A DNA stretch of 64,000 nucleotides from Octopus vulgaris (GCA_951406725.2 OX597819.1:111042001-111106000); one strand, 5' to 3'; positions 11,965 through 25,613 are shown, counted from the stretch's first letter. The notes: generated by a model from the letters alone, not told the origin. Translations and numbers: made by a program.

Positions 11965-14896
11965 ATGTTGGACATGGTAAAAATGGCGGCAGCCGCAACT
12001 TCCGTATCAACAGCCGCCATTCCGTTATCGTTAGTCGGGCCACTGCGGCCCGAGAGCAAACACCACAACCACAGCCACATCCACAATCACATACACAGTC
12101 ATAGTCACAACAACAACAACAACAACAGCAGTAGTACCAACAACAACAACAATATCAGTCACGCTCACAATCACAGTCATAATCATAACCACAGCGCAGC
12201 TCCCTCTATGGCACGGCCACTTCGTCACAACACCAACAACATTAAAAGCAACAGCAACAACACTAGCAACAACAAAAATAGTAATTCCAATACCACTAGC
12301 AACAATAACATCAGATCGTTTAGCATCAGTAGTATGTTGGGTGAGAGCATTGCTGAAGGAAATTCACTACCGTCTTCACAACCGATTATAGTAGCTGCCG
12401 CTGCCGCCGCCGCCGCGGGCGTCTCCAGCAGGACCACCACGTCTACGCCGCCGCCTCTCCTTTTACCTTCTGCAAATGGGAGTGCATTAATAACAGCAAC
12501 TGCAACTGGCATGCCGCCTTTATTGCATCTACCTTCGCAACAACAACAACAACAGCATCATCACCATCAACACCACCAACATCAACTTCACCAACAGCAG
12601 CAGCAGCATCACGTGCTTCGCCAACCGCCGAACCATCATCATTCACTGCTCCATCACATACAACAACAGCAGCAACAACAACAACAACAACAACAACACC
12701 ATCGGCGCCGTCACCATCATACGACGACAGCTCCGAGGCCCAACACAAACAACAACAACAACAACGGCAACGGCACAACTGCATCGCCACCGCCGCCCCC
12801 TCTGCTGCCTCTCCCTTCTCCCCCTCATCCTCTCACTGCACCTCGTTACACGCCTTCCTCTTCTCCTTCTTCCTCTCCCGCTTCTTCTCCTTCTCCTCCT
12901 TCGTCGGTGCGTCTTTTAGCATCGCAACAACAACAACAACAGCAACAACACCAACATATTCAAAGCCTTCCGCATCATCATCATCACCTGAACCACAGCA
13001 ACAAGATCAACCCGCACCCGCACCCCCACCACCTTCCCCAACTGCATCACCGTCAGCAGCAAATGTCTGTAGCTCTCAACAACAACAACAACAGCAAACA
13101 ACATAGCACAAAGCATCATCATCATCGGCATCAACAACAAGACCAACAACAGATCTACCCGCACCTCGTCCACCCGACCAGCGGGGGTAACAAACCGGAG
13201 CACAGCGTCAACGGTATTAATCCAATCACTACTACTACTACCACTCCTCACAACACTCCACCCGCCATCATAGCGGGTATCGCGACGAGTGTGGAGCCGG
13301 GTACACCGACCGACAGCTTACCCACGCTGGACGGAGATGACGAGAGGATGATGACAGAGTTTGACGACGACGACGATGACAATGGCGGCAATGGCGGCGA
13401 TGATGTCGATGACGATGACGACGACGATGGTGATGATGATGATGGCGGTGGTGGTGGTGGTGGTGGTGTTGGTGATAATGGTGGCGGTGATGTCAGCGAC
13501 GGCGTTAGTCATCATCAGCAACATCTCCATCATCATCATCATCATCAACATCAGCATCAGCATCTTCAGCACGGTCATCATCGCCGCCGTCATCGTCGTT
13601 ATCGCAATGACGACGACGACGAGGAAGACAGAGACAGTCGGGGCGAACGTGACGACGGTGGTGGTGGAGGCGGTGACGGCGGAGGAGGCGGCGGCGGCGT
13701 TGGTGGTGGCGTCGGCGATGGCACTGATCGTCAGCGTCGTCGCCGTCATCATCATCATCATCATCACCATCATCCTCCTCCTCCTCATCGTAGTGAGGGC
13801 GCTCATCCTGATTCTGTACCCAATATAAACGATAATGGCGCACACGATGATGCTGATAATGATGATGATGATGATGTTAATAATATCGGTGGTGTTAGTG
13901 ATAGTAATATTGATAATGATGATATTGGTGGCGTTGCTGGTGTTGATAATGTTGTTGATAATGATGATGATGATGATGATGATGATAACGGTGGTGTTAA
14001 CGACATCAATATCGATGTTGATGGTGATGATAATGGTGATAATGTTGGCGATGGTGATCGTGATGATAATGGCTGTTCTTCAGGTGCTGGCGGCGATGTT
14101 GTTGACCGTGGTAGTCGTGTTGTTGCTAATGGTCGCGTTGATGATGATGATAATGACGATGATGATGATGATGATGTTGATGTCGAGGTTGATATTAACG
14201 TTGATGATGATGATGATAATAATAATAATAATAGTAATAATAGTAATAATTATATGGACGTGTACAAAAACGCTAACTGTATAGATAATGACGATTGTGA
14301 TGATGATGATGACGATGATAATATTGATGATGATGATAATGATGGTGATGATGACGATGTTGGTGATGATGATGTCGGCAGTAACGTTGGCGTTCGTGGT
14401 ATCTGTGATAATGGCGGTGTTGATAATGATGACGACGATGATGATGATAATATGGATGCTGTAACTAATGATGATGATGATAATAATGGTGATGGTGATG
14501 ATGATGTTGATGATGATGACATGCATGTTGATGTGGAGAGTCTGGAGTTCGAAACAGACGTCTCTTGCTTCGATAGGAATCGGCGTATCGGTCGTTCTAT
14601 CGATAGTGAAAATAGCAACAACAACAACAACAACAAAAGCTGTAAAGACAGTAACATATCATTTAGCAACAACAACAACAACAAAAACAATACTAAAAAC
14701 ATTTTTACTAGTAAAAACAACAATAGCAAAGACAACAATATGAACATCACTCCCGACTGTCAACCGTTAAGTACCCACATATCACCCGTCTCTTACGATA
14801 TACAGAAACGGACGGCTACGGGCGACGACCATCACGCGAGCAACGGGAAAGCTAGCGCTGGTGGTGGTGGTAGTGGTAGTGGTGGTGGTGGCGGTA

Positions 14897-14927
<31 letters not shown>

Positions 14928-16263
14928 TGGCGCTCACTTGGCTGAGCAGGACGAGAAAAACAAGGAAAACAACAAAAACAACAACAACAATAATAGTAAC
15001 AGTCCGAGTGATACAAAGTCACAAGGTAACAACAACAACAGCAGCAGCAACAACAGTTCTGGCAACAACAACAACAACAATAGCAACAACAACAGCAGCA
15101 GCAATAGTAGTAGTAACAATAATAATAATAACAACAACAGCAGTAGTAGCAGCAGCAACAGCAACAACAACAATAACAACAACAACAACAGCAATAACAA
15201 CAGCAGCAGCAGCAACAACAGCGGCAACAGCCGGGCGGAGAAACCCCCGTTCAGTTACAATGCCCTCATTATGATGGCTATACGCAGCAGCCCCGAAAAA
15301 AGACTGACCCTTAACGGGATTTACGAATTTATTATGAAAAATTTCCCTTACTATCGCGAAAACAAACAAGGGTGGCAGAATTCAATCCGGCACAATCTCA
15401 GCTTGAACAAGTGTTTTGTGAAGGTACCCCGGCATTATGACGACCCTGGTAAAGGTAACTACTGGATGTTGGACCCGTCTAGTGATGACGTATTCATTGG
15501 GGGCACAACAGGAAAACTCAGGCGCCGATCCACAGCGGCATCGCGGAGTCGCTTGGCGGCGTTCAAACGCGCTGGTTTCCCACGTTTAACGCCACCCGGA
15601 TATTCACTGCACGCTGACAAAACGAACCCTTTTCTATGGTCGATATCCTCAATGTACCCGCTTGCAGCGGCGGCCAGTACGGCCGGTTCAGCGTTTCGAT
15701 ACAACGGCATAGCACCTTATCCTTACCCGACGTTTTTGACCCCGGCAACGGGTGGTCGAACGTCGGCGTTGGCGGCCGCAGCAGCCGCGGCGGCGTCAGC
15801 GGCCGCGGCATCGGCGGCGACGCCAACGTCGGTCAGTGGAGGCGGCAGCGGTGGTGGCGGCGGCACAGGTGGCGTGGGTAGTGGCGGCAGTGGCAGCGGT
15901 GGCACATCGAACTTTTCCGTCGAACGGTTACTGGGTAACGAATCGACGGCACCATCAGCATCATCACTGATCAGTCACCCCGGATTAACATCGCCCATCC
16001 GACCCGAAGTAACGCTCACGAGCCCGTCACCTTACGCCAGCTTAGCCGTGTCACCAACCGCGCTCCTTTTTCCACACCTTACGCAAGCCCATCCTTGCGC
16101 CAATGGACTCGAACTTTATGCGGGTCTCCGCAGTCTACCTGTATCACACGCGTCGGCATTCACCTCAGCAGTGGGGCTTCATCCAGCTATATCTTCAGGC
16201 ATTGCATCTTCAGACTCTTCATTCACAGCTGTGCCACCAGTCGGTGCGGCAAGACCCACATGA
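11965..16263 (+). CDS. FoxG: Forkhead box G transcription factor (FoxG1/BF-1/slp class), single long ORF, ~1432 aa
   Basis: Forkhead domain at 15241-15528 ([96 protein letters not shown]) is diagnostic of FoxG and is followed by [14 protein letters not shown]. In-frame eh1-like motif FSISSML at 12319-12339 and FSVERLL at 15913-15933. First ATG (11965) gives MLDMVKM, resembling the vertebrate FOXG1 start MLDM..VKM. The ORF track's TTG start at 11950 is not used. Confidence 0.95.
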
Positions 16264-16519
16264 GATTTCCCATCTCTTGATGTCTGACAGTCATACAATG
16301 TATAACGTATGTATATGTATGTGTATATATGTATAGACATATATGCACATTTGTATGTGGTTGTATATATATATGTATATTTGATAATATAGATATGTGC
16401 GTGCATGAATATAAGGGGCGTGATTAGTCTCAGGCATGAGAAATGCATAAGATACGTGTACATCATAAATGCCTAGAATCTACAATTGCACGCAACACAT
16501 ATATACATAAAATTACTTG

Positions 16520-16560
<41 letters not shown>

Positions 16561-16840
16561 GTATGTATATGCATAAATATATCCATACGTAAATACATAC
16601 ATATATGTAAATATATACGCATATATGCATTCATGTACACAAATGCGTATGTACATATATGTATATATAAAATTGATGTTTAAATGCTGTGTTAAAAAAG
16701 CTATATATGAAAATATGATTACATTGTGAATAGGAATGTATATTTTGACAGTATGATTAATTTACTCGTGTGCGTATGCGTGCATGTAGGGGGTATCTAC
16801 ACACACGCACAATAATCCATATAAGTATATATGTATATGT

Positions 16841-16894
<54 letters not shown>

Positions 16895-17110
16895 TTATAT
16901 ATATATATATGTATGTTTGTATAATTAGACACATATATAAACGTATTTATATGCGTATATAATTGTGTATGTGTGTATGTGTGTGTGTTTGTATGTATGT
17001 ATAAAACGAACAATCATTCATTTATTAACCAATATGCTGAACTAATTTACACACTAAATATTATTGGAGAAAATACACACACACAGACACACACATACAC
17101 AAAATTATAC

Positions 17111-17148
<38 letters not shown>

Positions 17149-17172
17149 GCATATGAATATATCTATATATGA

Positions 17173-17206
<34 letters not shown>

Positions 17207-17251
17207 CAATATAGAGGGACTCAAACATACACTCATATATATGTATCTGCA

Positions 17252-17303
<52 letters not shown>

Positions 17304-17420
17304 CATACATTCTCACATACTCATTTCACTATGTAACAAAAACCACATTTTGCAAAATATTAGATAATTAAAATTCAATCATCTAAAACATTACGTTAAT
17401 ATATATATATATATATTACG

Positions 17421-17461
<41 letters not shown>

Positions 17462-17508
17462 TGTATGTATGTGTGTGTGTATATATATATATATATATGT
17501 GTGTGTAC

Positions 17509-17539
<31 letters not shown>

Positions 17540-18108
17540 TATATATAATATATTTATACAGAAACATGTAATCTAAATATGCATATGCACATGTATATAA
17601 GTATACATGTATGCATATGTATGCATTTTGTTTCAATATATATGCGTATATATATAACACACATTCATGTGTGTTATATAGAGTGTGTGTGTTTGTGTGT
17701 GTGTGTATGTGTGAGTGTGTTTTTGTTGCATTTGGTTGTGTATATATTCGGCTATCGGTGGATTAGTAAAACTGAACTGAACATTAAAAAGACAGAAGAG
17801 AAAAAAAAAAAGTTGATATAATTTTAAAAAAATATAATGAAAGACAACTATACAAAACTGCTTATCCTGATGGCAGGAGTATGGACTATAACAACAACAA
17901 TAACAAGACAACAAAAGTTTAAAAAAATAACATTTAAAAAAACATACATAGCCAATAACAAAATAATATTTAAAAAATTACGAGAAATATTTCTTTCTCA
18001 TACAAATATTATATATACATACATACAAACATACATACATACATACATACATACATACATACATACATACATACATACATACATACATACAAACATATAT
18101 ACACACAC

Positions 18109-18147
<39 letters not shown>

Positions 18148-18356
18148 TACAGGTATATATATAAATATACAGGTATATATATTACATATATGTATATATA
18201 TATTTGTGTGTGTGTCTGAGTGTGTATACACACATTATTTATAAACCATTTAATACAGTTTTTTTCAACCCTTGACATTTAAGTGTACATATGAATATAT
18301 ATGTATATACTTGTGCATATATAAATACACACATATGCATATGTATTCATATATAT

Positions 18357-18405
<49 letters not shown>

Positions 18406-18516
18406 TGTGTATTTTTATCATATATATATTTATACACATATATACATATATATATTTATGTATATATATATACATGTATGTATGTGCGTATATGTTTATA
18501 TATATAGATATGTAGG

Positions 18517-18551
<35 letters not shown>

Positions 18552-19134
18552 GCATACATATTACAATATATGCATTTGTTTACGTAATACATCTGCACAC
18601 ACACACACAGTCACGAATACGTGTACACAAACGCACTAGCGCCTACATACAGACACACGCGCAGGCAGACACGCGTTCCCGCCGCGTGCAAACCCATCAA
18701 GACTGTGAGCGTCGTGGGTGAGAAACAAAAGAAGTTAAGAAAGAAGGAATAGATAGATGAAGAAGAAGAAAACGAAAACGAAACCGAAGAAGATTTTGTT
18801 GCAAAAAATGGAAGTATAAACCACCAAGAAGAAGAACAACAACGTGAAAGCATAATAAATACAAATTATATACACACATATATATACATGTATGTATATA
18901 TGTATGTATAGCTGTATGTATATGCATATATATATGTATGTATTTTCTTTCTTTCTTTCTTTCTAATTGCTTTTCCTGCCTTACCGTCTAATTAACAAAC
19001 TTTGTTATTGTTGTTTAAATTATACACGAAACTTTTTGACCAACAGGAAATGAAAATATAACGAAATGGAAATACTTAAAACAAGTTCGTTCTGTTGTTT
19101 ATTAACTGTTATCAATTATTATTATTGTTTATTA

Positions 19135-19204
<70 letters not shown>

Positions 19205-19369
19205 CATTATTATTATTATTGTTGTTGTTATCGTCATCACTAACAAAGATACAACGCCACGAATATTTGTTGGGGCAGAGAGACGTTATTAAAAAAGCAA
19301 AACCAGTGATTTTTTGTTTTGTTTTTGGTACTTAATTCCGAAAGTACGAAACCCAAGATTTAAGGACAA

Positions 19370-19820
19370 CCTCCGAAATCGTTAGCACGTTGAAGAAAAT
19401 GTTTAGCGTCAATATTTCTAGCTCATTGCATTCTGAGTTCAAATACCACCGAGGTCAACTTTGCCTTTCATTGTATCGAAGGTCTATAAATTAAGTACCA
19501 GTCGAGCAGTTGGGTCGATGTAATCGTCAAAGCCCTTCCACATCCACTCACCCCCACAAAAATCAGGCCTTTGTGGTTGTAAGTAGAGAAGGTTTATTCC
19601 AAACAAAAGCATAAGGCCACGAATTTTGTTCAGACAGAAAAGGTTAGCAGAATAGGAACTTAATAATTTGACTGGTACTTAATTCCGACAAGATGAAACA
19701 CAAAGTTTTAAGGACCACTTTCGGAGTCTATAGCATGAAGTATTAAGCACTGGGGTCGATTTAACAGAAACCCCAACTCCCTAAACAAAAATTGTGGTGT
19801 TGTATCTGTTAGAAACAACT
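19370..19820 (+). mobile_element. Cluster of diverged SINE family B copies
   Basis: GAGTTCAAATACCACCGAGGTCAACTTTGCCTTTCA..AAGTACCAG..GGGTCGATGTAATCG blocks. Confidence 0.65.
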
Positions 19821-20006
19821 GATATTATTTGGTATTACTTTGTATTATTTAATATCATTTGATGCTATGTTATGTTATTGATGTTATCCTTGTTTTCTTA
19901 GTATTGTTTTGATAAGATAAAACTCAGGGGTCGATATCATTGCGGTGATGTCGAAAGGTAAAAAGCCAAAATTTTAAACAACGCTCCTGAGATCGATAAC
20001 ATAAAT

Positions 20007-20252
20007 CAGTAATTGTCAACCGGGACCCAAATGACCCTTAGGGTTGCATTTAAGATTTTATTGAAATTTATGTGGAATTAAATATGTTTATACTTCTGCA
20101 ATACACTAAATATTTGAATGAATTTTAACACAACTGCTAAAATCAGATTATAGAAATATAAGATTTTTAAAGCATTGAATGACTACGGGAGTTCATTGTA
20201 GTAAAATAAGAACTAAGAATATCCATATGTAGAAAGGGGTTAAGATATATTG
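20007..20252 (+). mobile_element. Old hAT-like MITE remnant
   Basis: Degenerate CAGTGGTTCTCAAC-type end (CAGTAATTGTCAACC...GGTTAAGATATATTG). Shares internal blocks (ATACTTCT.CAATAC, GATTTTTAAA.CATTGAAT) with 61816-61994 on the opposite strand. Confidence 0.45.
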
Positions 20253-20921
20253 ACAAAAAGTAGCAGGCAAACACTGGAGTTGATTTAACCCCTAATCAAC
20301 TCTCCCTTCAAATTTTGGCCTTGTGCCTATCAGAAACAATTGGCATTATCCTCAAGATGTTCAAGGCGTTGGTCTTGCTGAATCACCAGAGAAAATATTT
20401 AGCGATATTTCTTCCGGTTCTATTCGTTTTGTGTTAAAATCCCGCCGAGGCCAATTTTGCTTTTAACCCTTTTTGGGTTCAATAAAATAAAGTGACAACC
20501 ATGAACAGGAGTCGATATAATCAACAGGCCCCTACCCTCAAAATCAAAGAAAATCATTGTCATTATGTTTAATTATGTTGCTATTGTCGATGATGTCATT
20601 GTGAGGTTTTTTTTCTTTTTTTTCTCTTTAATATTGTTTTGATGTCAAACAAACAAGGTTCGAATTTAATGTGCACCCAGTCTGGGTCAATATAGGGCTT
20701 AATTATTGTATGGAATATGGGTTCACACGAAATGGGATACGTTGTAGAAGGTCGGGGAGCCAAAGTTTTTACTTTTATTACTGATACTATTTGCCAGGGG
20801 TCTAATCCAGTCAGATCTAATGATGCTGCTCAATTTTCAGTGCTCTATTACATTATATAAGTGTGTGTAAGTGTTGTTTGTATACACACGCATGCAGAAT
20901 TCGAGTGACAGTGATAGATAA

Positions 20922-20994
<73 letters not shown>

Positions 20995-21017
20995 GATATA
21001 TATAGAGGGAGATAGAC

Positions 21018-21124
<107 letters not shown>

Positions 21125-21387
21125 CACTTAGATATATCAGCATGTATATATAACACTAACTATCGATATATATATTTATATTTATGTATTTGTTTTAATG
21201 AATACGTTTGTATAACTATATAGACACACGTATTCATAGCTATATATACATATACACATACATATATGCGTGTGCTTGTGTGTGTGTGCGTGTGTGTGTG
21301 CTTGTGTGTGTGAGTGTGTGTGTAAGTGTATGTGTGTGTGAGCTATCCTCGCCCTTGGGTTGACCAATATGTTTTGTCGGAAAAAGC

Positions 21388-21401
21388 GCGCCCTCTAGCG
21401 T
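21388..21401. promoter_or_regulatory. Candidate CTCF-binding motif ~5 kb downstream of FoxG
   Basis: GCGCCCTCTAGCGT closely matches the CTCF core GCGCC(C/A)(C/T)CT(A/G)G(C/T)GG, as a GC-rich island in otherwise AT-rich non-repeat sequence. Confidence 0.4.
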
Positions 21402-21631
21402 GCGTGTATAACAGTCTCTTTATTTACGTGTCTATATTTCAGTTTATCCTTAATTATATTTAGTAATTATTTGCATTTATTTTCAAACTTTAATCAGTAT
21501 ATTTCCTAACATATTATTATTGACACAATTACATATAAATATAGAAATATATTTGACCTTAAAAAGGTATCTATCTATTTGTCTATGTATGTATGTATGT
21601 ATGTATGTATGTATGTATGTATGTATGTATG

Positions 21632-21678
<47 letters not shown>

Positions 21679-22030
21679 ATATATATATAATATCTTATGA
21701 TATTATATTATATTATATATATATATACACATATATATACACATAAATATACATATATACACATAACTCACCCAACAAAAACTCACTACTTGAATGGACC
21801 ATAAATAAAATTTTATTTAAACAGGATTTAAATAATCCTATCAGGTGGTGCTATTAAGTTAGACATGGCCTGGACCAATCTTTGGTCGAAACATATCTAA
21901 GTTTATATATATATATTATATATGTATATGTGCGTGTGTGTGTGTCTATACATGTGTATTTATATGTATGCGCGTGGGTGCATAAACATATATTATTTTA
22001 TATTATATGCGTGTAAGTACGTATGAATAC

Positions 22031-22079
<49 letters not shown>

Positions 22080-22397
22080 CAGACACACACGCATACACAC
22101 ATACATACACACACACATAAATATTTATGTATATATATGTATATATATATATGTATAGATATGTGTGTGTATGTAGATGTCCTATTTTAATAGCATTAAA
22201 TGAAAATAACTACTAAGGTACAGTTAATATTGTACAAATATTTACATGGTGTAAATGGGAGTATATAAACATTGGGTACAATGAGAACAACATTTTCAGG
22301 CAATTATTCATAGTTTTATATGTACTTCGAGATCCAATTCCCCAAAGGAATTATTTCAAGTTCTCTGGAAAGTTTATAAACTCTTATGAAGTTAACG

Positions 22398-22449
<52 letters not shown>

Positions 22450-22793
22450 ATATGTATGTATGTATATATATACATATAAATGTATATATATAGATAAATA
22501 GATAGATAGATGAATACATACATGTATAAAGTCACTGCTTTTTTTTATAATGAACACGCAATGCTTGTGTGTGTGTGATTGTGTGTGTGTGTGTGAGACT
22601 GCGTTTTTGTTTCGTTGTGTCTGTGTATGTGTGCAGGCTCTACTTCTGCGTGCGTAAGCTTGCATGTGTGGGATAACTTAAAGAATAATATATACACTAC
22701 TAAATTCTGTTATATGTGCTTTATTTTAATATATTTTACAACCATTATATCCAGGTATGTGTGTACATATATAGATGCATGTATTTATACATG

Positions 22794-22864
<71 letters not shown>

Positions 22865-23024
22865 GATAGATAGATATAGATATATACATGTATATGTATG
22901 TATATATATATATGCATATACATATATATAAAACGCATGGTTTAAACCTAGTAGCTCGTATATTCTATCTTTCGTCTTTCATTTGCCATATACACAAACA
23001 CACACATACACACATACACACACA

Positions 23025-23070
<46 letters not shown>

Positions 23071-23135
23071 TATATGTATATACATATATATACATATGTA
23101 TGTATATATATGCATATACATACATATTTATATAC

Positions 23136-23168
<33 letters not shown>

Positions 23169-23201
23169 ATATATATATGTATGTAGGTATATATATATAT
23201 T

Positions 23202-23233
<32 letters not shown>

Positions 23234-23494
23234 TATAATATATTCATGCTTATATATATATATATATATATATACTAGAATTTTGTGGTATTATCAGTAA
23301 GAATTATAATTTTTGATGACATCCTTAATATCCTTATGGATTTCTTCTTGTTCATCATCATCATCATCATCTTCATTTTCACTATCACTGTTTGATGTTT
23401 CCTCTCCAGTATTTTACTCTCACCGTTGCTTTTCTGTAGAAATATATATGCTTATATGTGTGTGTGTGTGTGTATCTATTTTTCTATCTTTCTC

Positions 23495-23563
<69 letters not shown>

Positions 23564-23843
23564 GTTTCTAATATATATATATATGTGTGTGTGAGTGTGT
23601 GCACGTGTTTGGGAATGTGTATGACCGCAGTCAAATAACTGAAACAAATAAAAAAAAAAATATTAGAAGAATATATATATATATATATATATGCACACTA
23701 ACATGTATGTCTAATTGTTGATATGTAACTATGTATACATAGATGTATATGCATGTGTATACATGACTAATATTTACATACTCTCATATTAACTTATTTA
23801 TGTGTGTGTGCGTAAATATATATATATATTATATAAATATGTA

Positions 23844-23887
<44 letters not shown>

Positions 23888-23898
23888 TACACACACAC

Positions 23899-24056
23899 AG
23901 GTGTGGCTGTGTGGTAAGCATCTTGCTTACCAACCACATCGTTCCTGGTTCAGTCCCACCGCGTGGCACTTTGAACAAGTGTCTTCTGCTATAGCCTCAG
24001 GCCGACCAAAGTGTCGTGAGTGAATTTCGGTAGACGGAAACTGAAAGAAGCCCGCC

Positions 24057-24092
<36 letters not shown>

Positions 24093-24320
24093 GTGTGTGC
24101 TTGTGTGTATGCATATGTATATGTTTGTAAGTCTGTATTTATCCCCACCATTATCGCTTGACGACCGATGCTGGTGTGTTTACTTCCCTGCAACTTTGCG
24201 GCTCAGGAATGGAAACCGATAGAATAAGTACAACGAATATGTCGTTGGGTCGATTTGATCGACTAAAGGCCTTGCTCCAGCATGACCGCAGTCAAATGAC
24301 TGTAACAAATAAAAGTATAA
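23899..24320 (+). mobile_element. SINE family A, full length
   Basis: Same head, body and tail as 4715-5135. Confidence 0.85.
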
Positions 24321-24361
24321 AAATTGTTTTTAAAAAAAAAAATATATATATATATATAAAT

Positions 24362-24392
<31 letters not shown>

Positions 24393-24492
24393 TGAAGCAC
24401 ACACACATATGTATTATATACAGGCATACACACATATATACATATATGTATGTATATACTTACATACTTTGATATAGACAGATGTATTTATT

Positions 24493-24533
<41 letters not shown>

Positions 24534-24536
24534 TAT

Positions 24537-24667
24537 ATGTAGAAAAATACAAACTGGGACAAGAATGTAAAACAGTTAGAAGACGATACAAAAAGCACGG
24601 ACGGGACTTTCGAAGCCTTCAATCTTCAGTCAAGAACCGGATCATCCTCGCAATTTCGGCTGATTAA
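24537..24667 (-). repeat. ~130 bp dispersed repeat (copy 1), possibly a Penelope-like terminal fragment
   Basis: Minus strand TTAATCAGCCGAAATT..GATGATCCGGTTCTTGACTGAAGA..GGCTTCGAA..TTTTCTACAT matches 35205-35336. Confidence 0.65.
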
Positions 24668-25397
24668 TCTTGAAGATATATATACGTAAGCGTGCCTCTC
24701 TCTGTGTATACACATATACACCCTACAACTATTAGTCTCTCATGCACAAACTCGTAGTGAAAGTTCAAAATATTTAGAAATATTTCAAATGTCATTACAA
24801 GAAATATAATTTTATCATTTCTCATATCATTTCGGCATCGTTTCAACACTCTTTTCGGGTGAGTGATTTACTTTCAAATTATTCCATTGAGCATTTACCT
24901 ACGTCCTTTTATTTTTTGCTTCCAAATCTGAGGACAGTCGTTTCACGTTTTAATTTTCGCCTTCTTCCTAAATTATACACCTGTCAGATATCGAGACACT
25001 AATTTATAACCTAAGCTCCTCGATTTGTAAAAACGTGGTAAAGTTATACCCTTATTGTGAAGTGTTGTTTAGTTTTATCTGCAAAATATATACCGGTAAT
25101 ATACAAATTTCGTCTCAGTTGATACTGTTTCAGAAAAAGCGTCCGCAAAAGAAAAAAGAAATTGCTCTTCAATATTTGCTCAGACTCGGGGTTCAAATGA
25201 AGAGGAGGTCAAATTTTGCATTTTATCGTTTTGGGAACTTGATACCAGAAAGTACCAATCCAGATGGTGCATTTAACTTCAAGTCGACAGTACTGACTAT
25301 CATCGTCCCCTTACAAATGGTGGCCTCACGTCTAAATTGGAAAACAAAACAATTACCGTCATAATCGTCGAAACCAATAATGATTATTTATTTATTA

Positions 25398-25465
<68 letters not shown>

Positions 25466-25557
25466 CATCAGCTATTTATACGTGAAGAGGTGCCCTCCCA
25501 CGAGGAAGCGCATTGTGACCAGTGGTGTATGAACACATAGGACACTCTGATCGATTA

Positions 25558-25613
<56 letters not shown>

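Noticed and set aside
12031-15970. Overlapping alternative-frame and antisense ORFs within FoxG
   Set aside because: By-products of trinucleotide repeats lacking stops in other frames; no independent coding signal.
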